From assembly GCA_001662655.1 (NCBI GenBank), contig KV460266.1: a stretch of DNA of 64,000 bases. One strand, 5' to 3'. The translations under genes and the position numbers were made by a program. The notes beneath the pieces are model-generated. The model was not told the DNA's origin. It saw only the letters and a list, made by a program, of their open reading frames with translations, and made no database searches. This document shows positions 47,618 through 58,574 of the stretch, piece by piece. Origin of the DNA: Pseudogymnoascus verrucosus (taxonomy: Eukaryota). Within the stretch, counting starts at the first letter, position 1. Every line of letters starts with the position of its first letter.

Positions 47618-48500
47618 CGTGTTCCTAGTTGGAGTGTATTGCAGGACAGAAGAGAGTACGGAGAGAGTACGGAGGATATTCATACACTCAAGGGCTACAT
47701 TTTCGGTATAGCTCACTATTTACCCCTCATGGCCAGAGCTTCCTATTGAAGCTTAGAGCTCAAAACGCTTTGCGCGCTTTAGCGCTACTTGCGGCTTGGC
47801 AGTGGGCAGTCCCCGTAGTGCGAGTGTAACCGAGCCCGAGCTAGTCCCTAGCACACGCTGTATCTAGCAACCACTTTGCCGCTGTCCTCGAAGGCGGTTG
47901 GAAAAATTATCCGGACACCTATGAAAAGTCATGTCGCAAATACTAGCTTTATATCTAGGCAAAGACATAAATCAAAATTCTGAAGAGACATGTCTTTTTA
48001 GAAGAAGGTTATTGTAAATTAATAATAGTTTTGTAACTTTTGAACCATTATTGCGCTGGTAAGCCTGTCGTGAATTTGAATCGCTTTTCAAAGTGTCCGG
48101 ATAATTTTTCGAACCGCCTTCGCCTGCATGTCACATGACTAGAAACTAATGCGGGTTCCGCATCTTGTGAATGGGGGCGTTCGGTCCAACAATTAGCTAA
48201 TACAGGGTCCCACGCTCGCACTCCCCACAACTTACCTTTAAGCGCCTGACACATTACCCAGCTGTGCCTATTATGTAGGTATAGCTATTCACTAGTGTAC
48301 GTACCTATTTACCTAATTATATACCACAAAGGCGTCATCGCTCATTGTATATTTTGACGTGTGGCCAAGATGATAGGGCTGGCCGTGGCTTCATTGGTCC
48401 CGCCAGTCTGGTTCTGCCGCAGCATCCACAGGGCGAGACGGAGATGCCGAAAAAAGCTCCTAATGTCCGAAAAACAAAAAGGCGTGCATGTCCGAAAAGG

Positions 48501-49894
48501 GGCCATGGCGAACCAGCGTGGTCCCGAATGTCTGGTTCTGCGCTAGGCGCAGCATCCATGCGAATGTGATAAGAAGGTCTCGAGGGACTGCATATGAGTG
48601 GCTGCTATATGTATCGATCTAGACATATTTAGATTCAAAGAACGGAAATGCGGATGCGAGTTTCTGTAAACCGTGGTGTTGGTGGCGTACTCATACGAGC
48701 GGATTAGCCACCCAGGACCTTTCCTATGAATACCCGGAAGCATTGGACAGGAGAATCGAGATAGAAAACATAGATAGATACGAGCCCGCCAGCTACAGTC
48801 TCCCCGCCTCACAGTTTTTGCTTTTTCCGATATGATCACTTTGCCCTCTATGGATTTCGGCCACTTTGATGTGGATGCGTATCTACAGCTCCCACTAGAG
48901 AATGCGAATATGCCCACGGCTCCTGTTGCACCCATGGTACCCACGTCACCCATGGCCGCCGTCCTTCCTGCGACGCCCCCATCGGTGGACACCTTATACG
49001 ATGACCTCTACAATTACGGAGAGACTGCGCCTGGGATTTCAGAGCTCGATTGGCTGGCCCACGATGCTATCNNNNNNNNNNNNNNNNNNNNNNNNNNNNN
49101 NNNNNNNNNNNNNNNNNNNNNNNNNNNNNNNNNNNNNNNNNNNNNNNNNNNNNNNNNNNNNNNNNNNNNNNNNNNNNNNNNNNNNNNNNNNNNNNNNNNN
49201 NNNNNNNNNNNNNNNNNNNNNNNNNNNNNNNNNNNCCCACGATGCTATCGAGCCTACAAGGCTAAACCGCCCGTCAATCGCCGTTAGAGATGCTTTCGTT
49301 CAAGCAGACCTAGATGATCTGGCCCCAGATGATCTGACTGACCAGCTCACCAACGAAGCAAACGAGCCGCACACGCCTGATGTGCAAACCCAGGTTTACA
49401 TGTCCCAAGAGGACTCCTTCGGAACCAAAGAGGATAACCATTTGGAGAACCGCGCTGCAATCAGGTATGGGCTTATCTTGGTACACCACGTTCACAGAGA
49501 GACAAGTTAACACTATAGCAAGCCTTGTATTAGAAGAGATTGGAATACTACGTGCTGAGCGGGCTGCCACCGAGGATAAGATGAATAAGATAATGGCCGC
49601 CATTACTAAATACAACACTTTCACGGAGGAAGCACCCGTACTGATTCAGATGCTTAGCGAAAAATTAAATACAGTGACCCAAAATCACAAACAGGATAGA
49701 TAGGTGTTTGTTTAGAGAATATTTAATAAATTACTAAGTCAAACTTCTTCTATCAATAGTGGTATGTATTGGGAATATCCGTAGAGCCAAGAAGTCGGCG
49801 GAGATCCCCGCCTTGGCCTACTTATCACATCCGCATGGATGCTGCTCCTACCGGCAGTACCAGGCATTCGGGACCACGCTGGTTTGCCACGGCC
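48501..49894. mobile_element. ~1.4-kb unit bounded by ~75-bp imperfect inverted repeats and containing one hypothetical gene
   Basis: 48501-48577 matches the reverse complement of 49817-49894 (shared AACCAGCGTGGTCCCGAATG and GCAGCATCCATGCG.ATGTGATAAG). No transposase or TSD seen. Confidence 0.5.
48832..49703 (+). CDS. Hypothetical protein spanning an assembly gap (N 49072-49235)
   Basis: ORF pieces lie on both sides of the gap, and CCCACGATGCTATC is repeated on both gap flanks. Probable intron from 49465. Confidence 0.5.
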
Positions 49895-50223
49895 TACGAT
49901 TATAAATCTCGATGACGTCTTAGAATGCCTTGGAGTAGCGTGCCAGTTGTAAGCAATGAGGTAAATAGTTACGTAAACCCTGGTAAGTAGTTACGCCCAG
50001 GTAAACAGTCGCACCCGGGTAAATATAACTAACGTCGCGCGATGCGTCGGGCGCTTAATGCCGCAGGGTTCCACCGCACGCTCGTGCCGAGAGTGTGAGT
50101 TGTTATTGGAGCCAAGGCCCCGTTCCTGAACTCTCAAAACCAAAGCCCGACCCAACTATGTATTTTAAGTTTGCTGTCCAGACCGAGGAACTCTGTCCCT
50201 AGCTACGGAAGCTTCATGTCAAG

Positions 50224-50975
50224 ATGTCGGTCTTGGTCGCCACCGTTGTCCTGCTGGCCTCAACGCTGTATCTAGTGACCACGCCGCATCGCCAGGAAAT
50301 CTTTGCCGAAGTTCTCTGCTGGTCTTTAATATACGTCTCGAGTCGGGCTTATGCACTCTTCAACCGCGGCGCGACTAGATCGCCATCGTCGCCCAGGTCC
50401 ACAAGCGCGACTAATTGGAATGCGATTGCCTTGTGCGTCGCATTGCTGTGTCTGAGTAGCTCAGTTAAGGTCGTGAATTGGTCTGTGGTTAGTATACCCC
50501 GTTTCCTGGATGCATCTCCTCAGCCAGCATGGTCGTCGATCGCTGACCAGAGGCCGGAAAACTAGGCTCCCCTCTTATACCCCATGGTATTCGCTATCCA
50601 CAGCTTTCGTGGCCCTGATCTGCAACTTCCGAAGGTCGAGCAATCCACATCTCGATTTCAACAGATTAATAAGAAAGCCTTCGCATCTCTCAGTCTGCTA
50701 GCGATAGGCACCGTCATTCCCTTAGCAAAAGGCCGCATTCCAACAGATCTAAATCTCCATCTATGCTGGCTGTTATCCCAAATCAGTCTTTATGGATTCT
50801 GGCTTTGCGGAGAGTCGGCCGAGTCTTCTCAGTCAGAGTCAGATGATGTTAATGCATTAGAAGATGCAGCAAAAATTGCTCCTCGTATTCTAGCCCTATT
50901 GGTTCCAGCTACTCTCCTTTGGTGGCATACCATTATCTTTATGCCAGCTTCAGATATGGCGGTTGTGGTACTGAC
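50224..50975 (+). pseudogene. Truncated multi-TM gene, possibly the N-terminal membrane region of a fungal GT90/CAP10-like glycosyltransferase
   Basis: Hydrophobic helices, EIFAEVLCWSL and one intron. Runs abruptly into a low-complexity repeat with no catalytic domain. Confidence 0.35.
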
Positions 50976-51116
50976 CCTCTACCTAATGACCCTCCACCTA
51001 ATGATCTATCTAGTTATCCTCCACCTAATTGTCCTCTACCTAATTATCCTCTACCTAATTATCCTCTACCTAATTACCCTCTACCCAATTATCCTCCACT
51101 TAATAATTACTAATCC
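50975..51116. repeat. 15-bp CCTCTACCTAATTAT tandem repeat (RIP-like decayed acidic coding repeat on the minus strand)
   Basis: About 9 units. Minus-strand GATAATTAGGTAGAG is consistent with transitions from GATGATCAGGTGGAG (DDQVE). Confidence 0.75.
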
Positions 51117-51232
51117 TTTGTAGTTATTAACAAATTACGCCTCGCAACATCTTTAGCCACAGTTGGCAGCCACAACTACAACTTAAGCTACAGTTTAAGT
51201 TGCAATTTGAGAACAGTAATAGTTTATATTAT

Positions 51233-51571
51233 TCATCTTATGACATATTTCTCGTTCTCATTCTTTACCTTCTTACTCACATTGATTAAAGCCTTGCCTT
51301 TCGTATCTTGCACCTTTTGCTTATCATCGTTGCTTTTTCGTTTCCTAGACACACAGTTTGAACGTGGTTCCTTAATACAATGCACGTCTTCAAAATAAGT
51401 TCTGAAATCTAAAGGAGACTCAAGATGCGCGTTGCAGATAGGGTACGGACATTCCGATTCCGCATAAGGAGTAAGGTGCGTGTTAATATGATTGACCAGC
51501 GTGGACTTCGTCATCCATTGCTGCATCCTCTGAGATGGCAAGAGGTCCTCATTACCCAGGCAGAAAGGACA
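51233..51571 (-). pseudogene. C-terminal zinc-finger fragment of a DUF3435 captain-type protein
   Basis: Reads CPFCLGNEDLLPSQRMQQWMTKSTLVNHINTHL...CPYPIC...FRTYFEDVH.I.EPRSNC..RKRK. The 5' part is absent, replaced by the GATC-rich element. Confidence 0.65.
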
Positions 51572-52070
51572 GGAAATCGATCGTATAGATCGATTTCAAA
51601 CCCTTGATCGATCGACGATCAAATCGATCGATTTGATCAGATATAGTTCTCAAAAAAGCAGAGTCAGACCTGTGTAGGGCACTGCTTCAGGGAATGATCA
51701 AATGGGTGGAAGCGGAGGCATCGGCACTTAGCTATTACCAACCTGCACGCTTACTGAACCGGCTCAGCACACGAGTACCGGACGAACTGGACGCTCCATT
51801 GCGTCGCATTTTATCCCTTTTAGCTCTCTGCTTCGACCCGTATTTCGGCCTCAGGCAGCATCTGGTAACTGACGGCAGGAGCTGTTCGCTCGCTAATTGG
51901 CCAGTGCTTCTTTTTTTAGAGGCCCTTGCGGTCGCGATCAAATCAATCGACCAAGTTGTCTAGTCCAAAAAGTATCGATCGACTAGGCACCTCAAATCTA
52001 TACGATCGAATCGCAATTGATCTTCTAGTCGAATCGATCAAATCGATTGGTCGATCGATTTCCAACCCTG
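51572..52070. mobile_element. Non-autonomous hAT-like/MITE remnant with ATCGATCG subterminal repeats
   Basis: Dense ATCGAT clusters at 51574-51640 and 51935-52062. The right end reads CAGGGTTGGAAATCGATCG on the minus strand (CAG-start TIR as in fungal hATs). The left end is a partial GGAAATCGATCG. No 8-bp TSD. Confidence 0.55.
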
Positions 52071-52603
52071 CTAGTAATAAAAGATTCACGGTCACTTATG
52101 ACGATATGATCTTATTCCGTACGTAGTTTTGTGACGACTTTTACAACTGACATATTGAGGAAAAATATCCTAAATGATGATCCATACGTCTCTATCCTAG
52201 AAAATGCAGATGACCTGTATAGTGGATCATATCTCCTCCAAACATTATTTGACACTGAGGATACTACGAAGAGGCCTAATACTATTAGCTAGCTAAATAT
52301 TTGCACAAGAGCCGTTCATTACATGGCAGGAAGAAGCGTCAGCGGCCTTCTCAGCTAATGGCAAGCAGCTGGGTGAGACTAGTCGCTAACGTTACTATTA
52401 CGTATTGCACTATCAAAGTTCTTACGTCGTTGCTTGTAATTGCCGTTAATTGGGGCGAAAAGTGCTCTCTTCAGCCCTTCCTCTTTGTATATAAGAACAA
52501 GCCGTTCTCCATTTAGGCAAAGATTTTTAAACATGTTAACTAACGCCACTTTCTTGCCTCAATCTCTCAGTTGAATATATTCATAATTCTTTCAATTTTT
52601 ACC

Positions 52604-53113
52604 ATGGAGACCGCGGAGGGTTTTCGCATTGGGGGTATTCACATTCCCACTCCCAATCTAGGTGTAACAAAAGAAGAAGAAGTTACAAACCGCAATGAAG
52701 TACGAGCTGCAATTGCAGAAGGAGGTTGGGACGTTATTTGGGGAGACCTGATTAATGAAGGAGACCTTCTTACATTTATCATTTCGCTGCCTACAGGAAC
52801 TACAGGAGAATGGGTTGCTCTGCAGGTCCAGGCTCAGTTGGCGAAGTTTTCCCAGAGACTGGGTGATGTTTCTGAGGTAGTTCTTGCGCAAGCGACTAAT
52901 TTTATAAACGGCCTGATAAAGAGAAAGGGTTCTGGAGAAACAGATATCAATGGACTAGGAATCAAGGGAGGCTTTGCCACCTACCACCGCCACATGGAGT
53001 ATACGCTCGCGGGTGCAAAAGTTGGCAGTCACGATCTGCCAAACAATCAACAACCATACATTGCTTTACGCGTTACCAAACCTCTACCACCAAAAGGGGC
53101 CTCATTTGTTTAA
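52604..53113 (+). CDS. Hypothetical intronless protein
   Basis: 169-aa ORF with a globular-looking composition (GWDVIWGDLINE, GGFATYHR, LPNNQQPYIALR); TATATAA upstream. Confidence 0.6.
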   Translation: METAEGFRIGGIHIPTPNLGVTKEEEVTNRNEVRAAIAEGGWDVIWGDLINEGDLLTFIISLPTGTTGEWVALQVQAQLAKFSQRLGDVSEVVLAQATNFINGLIKRKGSGETDINGLGIKGGFATYHRHMEYTLAGAKVGSHDLPNNQQPYIALRVTKPLPPKGASFV

Positions 53114-53956
53114 TCATGAACATTAATCGACGCTCCCTTTATTGCGGTGTTCGGACACCTCGGTGAGTTTAACCCTTTGCAAACGTCGCTGAGCAACTGT
53201 CTGATGGTTTAAATTAGAACAGAGCCCCTTCGTCAAGACTGTGGTTTTCTTCTTTTGGTTTTATCTACGCTCGTTATATAACATCGGAAATATGAAATGT
53301 GGGTTTGTTATGGACGGTAGTGTTGCGTTGCTCTTCATAATTAGGACTAGGAGAATTGAGGATCTGTATCTAAAAAGTTGTAGTCCACATGGTGACCATA
53401 TTTCTTGGCAATAAATTGCTAATATGCGGTGATAACTAACGTTTTTGTACATTGTACACCGAACGATCCAACACACCGAACGGTCCACCCCATTTTACAC
53501 TTAAATCATATATTCGCAGCTTAATATCTCTGCATTCTCTTAATAATAAATTAGTTATAAAAATACTACGGTAGTATAGGAGGCAGCACGAGTACTATAC
53601 TCAGATAGTTATGTGAGTACTACACTCACATACTCCCGTAGTGCTCATATAACTACACTCATATACGCATGTATGGCTTTAGGTGTCATCATGTTAATCA
53701 CGTCAAAGCCAAGGTGGATGTTATCGGCACGATTTGCCAACAATATTAGTTTGACTAACTTACCAATCGTCGGAACCTACCCTGAGGTAAACCTCAGGGT
53801 TCGGGATGAGCAAACGGCGTTCGCCAGCGCTCGCCGCCACTTCATATCGCTGGCCGTAACCTCAACATATCTATAGCTAGTAATTTGTATACTATAACTC
53901 TTATTTTAAGTCTGCATGCCGTAGCTCCATAGTTTTTAGTGTATTCAATTTTATCA

Positions 53957-54601
53957 TTACTTTAGTATCAGCTGTCCTCCTTGCTTCTTCATGATTGTAC
54001 AGCCTTTTGAGCTAGCAAACTCAAGGCTAAAACTTTCATCGTCTGTCAAATCTTGAATAAAACCGCCATGTGTAACAACAATAACGTCCTTTCTCATGTT
54101 GCTTGGTACTTGCGCCAGCACATCAATTCTCCTCTTTACATCACCTAGAACTTTCTGTGCCCTCGCCTTACGATTAGCGGGTGAAAACAGGTCTTTCTTA
54201 AGCGGCCACGGGGTTTCTTTAAGAGTAGAGAAATCCAGATTCAGCCATTCATTTTTCAAGTTTACGACGGCTGATCCGGTATTGCAGGGCTGGTCGCCAA
54301 CTTCTTGAAGGTACGGATCCAGGACTAGATCTGCTCCCCCAACTATACCGCCTTCACCTTTGAGATAGAAACCTTCGTCGATCACATCAATGAAGGCCAA
54401 GAGCGTAGTATGTATCGATCGCCTCAAGGGAGATGTGAGTATAGTTCCAATTGTATCAGTGCCGAGGGGTGCAATGTTTTGGCCAAGTTGCACCGACTGT
54501 CTTTCACCCCTAAGAGTCAATCTCGGGTCGGGAATGCTGACGTCGTCGTTAACGTTATGGAGACCGTGGCCGTGTCTGATGAGAATAACCTGTCCCGCCA
54601 T
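53957..54601 (-). CDS. Histidine phosphatase / phosphoglycerate-mutase family protein
   Basis: LIRHG, DPRLT..G..Q, SPLRRSIHT, LQEV...PCNTGS, VVTHGGF. Confidence 0.9.
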   Translation of the reverse strand: MAGQVILIRHGHGLHNVNDDVSIPDPRLTLRGERQSVQLGQNIAPLGTDTIGTILTSPLRRSIHTTLLAFIDVIDEGFYLKGEGGIVGGADLVLDPYLQEVGDQPCNTGSAVVNLKNEWLNLDFSTLKETPWPLKKDLFSPANRKARAQKVLGDVKRRIDVLAQVPSNMRKDVIVVTHGGFIQDLTDDESFSLEFASSKGCTIMKKQGGQLILK

Positions 54602-55689
54602 TGCTGCTAAATATTCTGTCGATAGGTGATGGTATATTGGATGAGGACGTAGAAGGATAAATCATACTGTGCAGGATGAGAGAAGGCCAATTAATTAATT
54701 AATTAAGAACGGCAATGGAAATGGAAATGGAAAATCGAAATGGAAAATCCCTCTTTTACTTTCTAACGACGCAATCCTAGCACTGCAACCAAACCGTCGT
54801 TTTTCTTCGAGTTCTATAACGAAACAGCGCCACCATCCAAATGAGCTCTGATGGCAAATATCGACGAATCACCATTTCGCGAATTCTGCTATCGTATTCG
54901 TGAATACAGGCCTTTCGCCATATGTCCGTCTGGTCACATATAGAATAGGTAGAATATGAGTTGATAATCTGGCGCAATGTGATAGATTACAATAAGATAA
55001 CTACGTACCATTTTCTAAGAGAGATGATCTGCAACCTTGGCGAACATTAGCAACATTGTTGCCGTCATCCTAAGTTTGACTGCTTGGTATCTCTGGCTCG
55101 GCCCAGTCAGCCCAATCAATTCGCCAGGTTTTAATTAAGTTACATGAACTAGTCAGAAACCAATCGAGATCTAACGTTAGAAGATGCCAGAAATAATAAA
55201 TGACGTGATAAGGTAGTGACGGATCACGAGGATCAGATGGAATTAATCGTGTGAGTGATCTAAGACCTATCGAGATCTGGGGAGATGAAAACAATGATGA
55301 TGAATGATGGAGCGATAACATACCATTTAGTCCAAGTCCCGTTCGGCCCTTACATGGACCATTCCATCTACCACAAACCTGGCTTTTTTCAGCGCCATCT
55401 TTGCACCTTGTGAGATCTACAAAGTAGTCTAGCCTTATGAACCGAAAAGCCTGTGTACGCGATAGCGCAACCCCTGCGTCATCACCAAAGTGTTGCCAAC
55501 ATTCTTCGGGGCAACTTTTGAGGAGTGGTCCTTAGTCAAGGTATATAAATGTTGTGTACACGGTGAGAATCAAATGTAAATTCTTGTTTTTGGATCCACT
55601 AGAGTTGGTCAAGATCTTTAACGACCTGCTCACAAGAATTAACCTTGTACCCTTTAGTCACAAATAGCCTCCATATCATATCAATCATC

Positions 55690-57025
55690 ATGTGCGACAA
55701 CCACGAGTCTGGGGCTGTGAGACCCCTAGATGCTTGTCGTCGATCACCATGCTGATCTCTTACTGCAGACTGGCCACTTCGTCCCCGCCTATATCCATAA
55801 GCACATTGCTGAGTCCGCCGCTGCTCCGGATAAAGCCCGGCAGGCTGCTCTGCGCACCCTCTCCGTCGACCAGGACTTTCGTGGGCAGCGTGTGACAGCC
55901 TCTGAGACCGCTGCAGCACCCTGTGCTGCAGACGAACCTGGAGTATTGGCAGCCCAAGTCCCCATTGTAAGATCACGCTATGTCACACCCTATGTTTTCG
56001 AGCACGTCGTCTAGAGCAAAGAGGCAGGCGATGAGGCTCGAGAAAGTGCAAGGGCAACATTGAAAACAGATGCTAAGATACGCGAACAGAGAGCTGCTCT
56101 TATTGGTCCTGCGGCGACAGACGAGCCCCATGATCATTTAGCTGCTCCTTTCCAACTGAAGCGCCTTATTTACGATGCAAAGGGTAGCGGCAATCTTCGC
56201 GGCACTCTTGCTCGCGCAGAAGGTGCTGGGCGAAATACTGACAGACAGGTCAACAATGTCTATGATGCTATTGGCATCACGGCCATGTTCTTCTATACGG
56301 TGTTTGGCCGCAACTCCGTCGACGACAAGGGCGGCAATATAGTTGCTACTGTCCACTTCGACAGCAAACCCGATGACCAACTTGGCTACAACAACGCCTT
56401 CTTTTTCGGCACCGAGTTTGCTTTCGGCGATGGCGATGGCATCATCTTCGACTATTTCACCGATGCACTTGATGTCGTGGCGCACGAACTGACTCACGCC
56501 GTCACCAAATATACATCTGGGTTCACTTACAAATTTCAGACTGGAGGCCTGAACGAGTCCATCTCCGATGTCTTTGCCGCGTTGGTCGAGCAATGGCACT
56601 TCAACCAGACTGCGGCTGAGGCCGATTGGCTAAATGGCCAGAGTCTGTTCCCCGTTGCCATCAGGGGCCCGGCTCTCCGAGACATGGCCAACCCGGGAAC
56701 TGCATACGATGATTCTATCCTCGGGCGGGACCCCCAGATTTCTCATTTCAGTCAGTATAACGATGACCTGAGTGTCCACGTAACCTCGGGCATTCCCAAC
56801 CGGGCGTTCTACCTAGCTGCCATTGGCTTCGGTGGCTATGCATATGATAAGGCTGGAAAAATCTGGTATGCCACTTTGACCGACAGCCGCATCGAGGCAA
56901 TTGCCAAAACTGCCACTTTCAAACAGTGGGCAGACGTGACGGTTGATCAGGCGAACAAGTTGTTCGGTACTGGTGCAACAGTCATTGTCCGCAATGCTTG
57001 GATCGCTGTTGGTGTTCTCGTCTGA
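55690..57025 (+). pseudogene. M4 (protealysin/thermolysin-like) metalloprotease with one in-frame TAG in the pro-region
   Basis: ATG 55690, intron 55717-55768. YNNAFF, FGDGDG, HELTH, GGLNESISD and VH.TSGIPN are intact. TAG at 56012-56014 lies between the in-frame ORFs 55730 and 56060. Confidence 0.8.
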
Positions 57026-57904
57026 TGCTGAGCATGACGGGAAGTTATCGTTAGCTAATATGACGGTGAATGTACTTTATAAACTGGCCTCGAGTTGTTT
57101 CTGCTCTATGTGTGCATGTTTTCAACGAAATGATCTGTGTCTCACTTAAGCTGGCGCTAGAGTCTACTTCCCGGCGCTCGATCGTTGTCATCTTGAGCTT
57201 CTCCAAGCCTACTAATTAATTTCGGGGAGGTTTTTCTGCGAAAAGAAAACCCGGTTTTCCTACTGTTGTAATACTGGTGCGATACCCGGCAATGCGAACA
57301 CCCCCGGGGTAACCGATCGGCCTACCTGGCAAGAGCCCAACTGAAGGAGGATGCAAGGGTTAACTATAAATATAGTCTGTGAATTGATCCGAGGAATTAT
57401 AAGATGACCTGTGAACTAATGCTAGGAAGTGTTATAGCGGGAATTAACCACGCATTTTATATTCAGATTGCTGAAATCGTAATGGACTCGAAACGTCACA
57501 TTTTGTCCGAAGTGTTATAGCCAAAATCTGTTTGCGGACTCAAAACAGCTAGCTTCATTAGACACAGTAGGAAATGACTAAAGTATTCCGGCATCATTAA
57601 TCGGTCGCGATTGTTGTCCTAGAATTGTTACTGTCCTAGATACTGTTTCTGGACTCAAAAGGCGCTAAGAGATTGACAGATCGGTAGATCGGTAGATCGA
57701 CTAATGCTATTACCTTCTAACCCCTCAAGTTTCGCCACTACCTTGGGACCAGCCCAATTGTTAGCTTTGGTATCCAACATGTTGAGGTTTTTGTATGATT
57801 TTAGCTTCAATAAGCGCAGTAAAACCGGTGAAGTTGTTCAAAGCGCACGAGTACTTTATATTTTTTTTGCTTTTGCCAGGAGGTTACATAACCTCTAGGC
57901 CACA

Positions 57905-58145
57905 CGGCAGCCCCCATTTCTATAAAGCTGTTACCTGGATTAAAGACACAGGATGCGGTTTTTTGAGAGCATATATCAGAATGGAGACAGAGGATGCAGC
58001 GCTTTGACCAACTGCACCCCGTTTCCATAAAGCCGCTGTCGTCATTGCGGACACAGGATGCAGGAACAGGGATGCGGAACGCCGAGAGCAGGGGACGGTT
58101 TTGGTGGTCGTCTTGGCGCGAGAGTGACGATAGCTCATAGAGACA
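57905..58145 (-). repeat. Family A element copy upstream of the captain
   Basis: CCCCGTTTCCATAAAGCCGCTGTCGTCATTGCGGACACAGGATGCAGGAACAGGGATGCGG...GGGGACGGTTTTGGTGGTCGTCTTGGC, plus a partial unit at 57910-57960. Confidence 0.88.
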
Positions 58146-58574
58146 TTCCTAGGCTCTGCATACGTTTTTCCCATCGGGGTTTTCCGTCATGCCTTTACAG
58201 GAATTTGGGAGCCTAATAGCATTGTAAAATATCAGAAACCTGAAAATATGCCTCAACTATAACTCTGTAATGAGAGATTTAGAACATCGGTCAAGGCCAA
58301 CATCTAATGCTACACTTTATATTGACGCCGCTCTTCCTAATACCCATTTCTAACCGTTTCTAAAGCAGATTGTATTTCTATATAACCATATTTTATCAAA
58401 GTATATAAAGAATTACTGACAGGGTGGTGGTGAGTAGGGCTTGAGCTGGAATTAAGTTCCTATCTCTCGCACAGCGCCGTTGCTTAGCAGCATCTCATCT
58501 TTTTCTTGCTCTTGTTTCGCTTTTTACGCGTAACTTCTTTGCTTGTCTCTCAATCTTTGAAGAGAACAGTGATT

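Noticed and set aside
49955..50035. Short GGTAAATAGTTACG-like repeats
   Set aside because: Only about 4 degenerate copies and no counterpart elsewhere in the window.
57270..57345. GC-rich hairpin considered as a ribozyme or 5S fragment
   Set aside because: Could not fit HDV, hammerhead or 5S consensus by eye.
57670..57730. Possible Starship left boundary (GGTAGATC repeats, TTAC)
   Set aside because: The motifs are too short, and the matching other end and an empty-site allele are not available.
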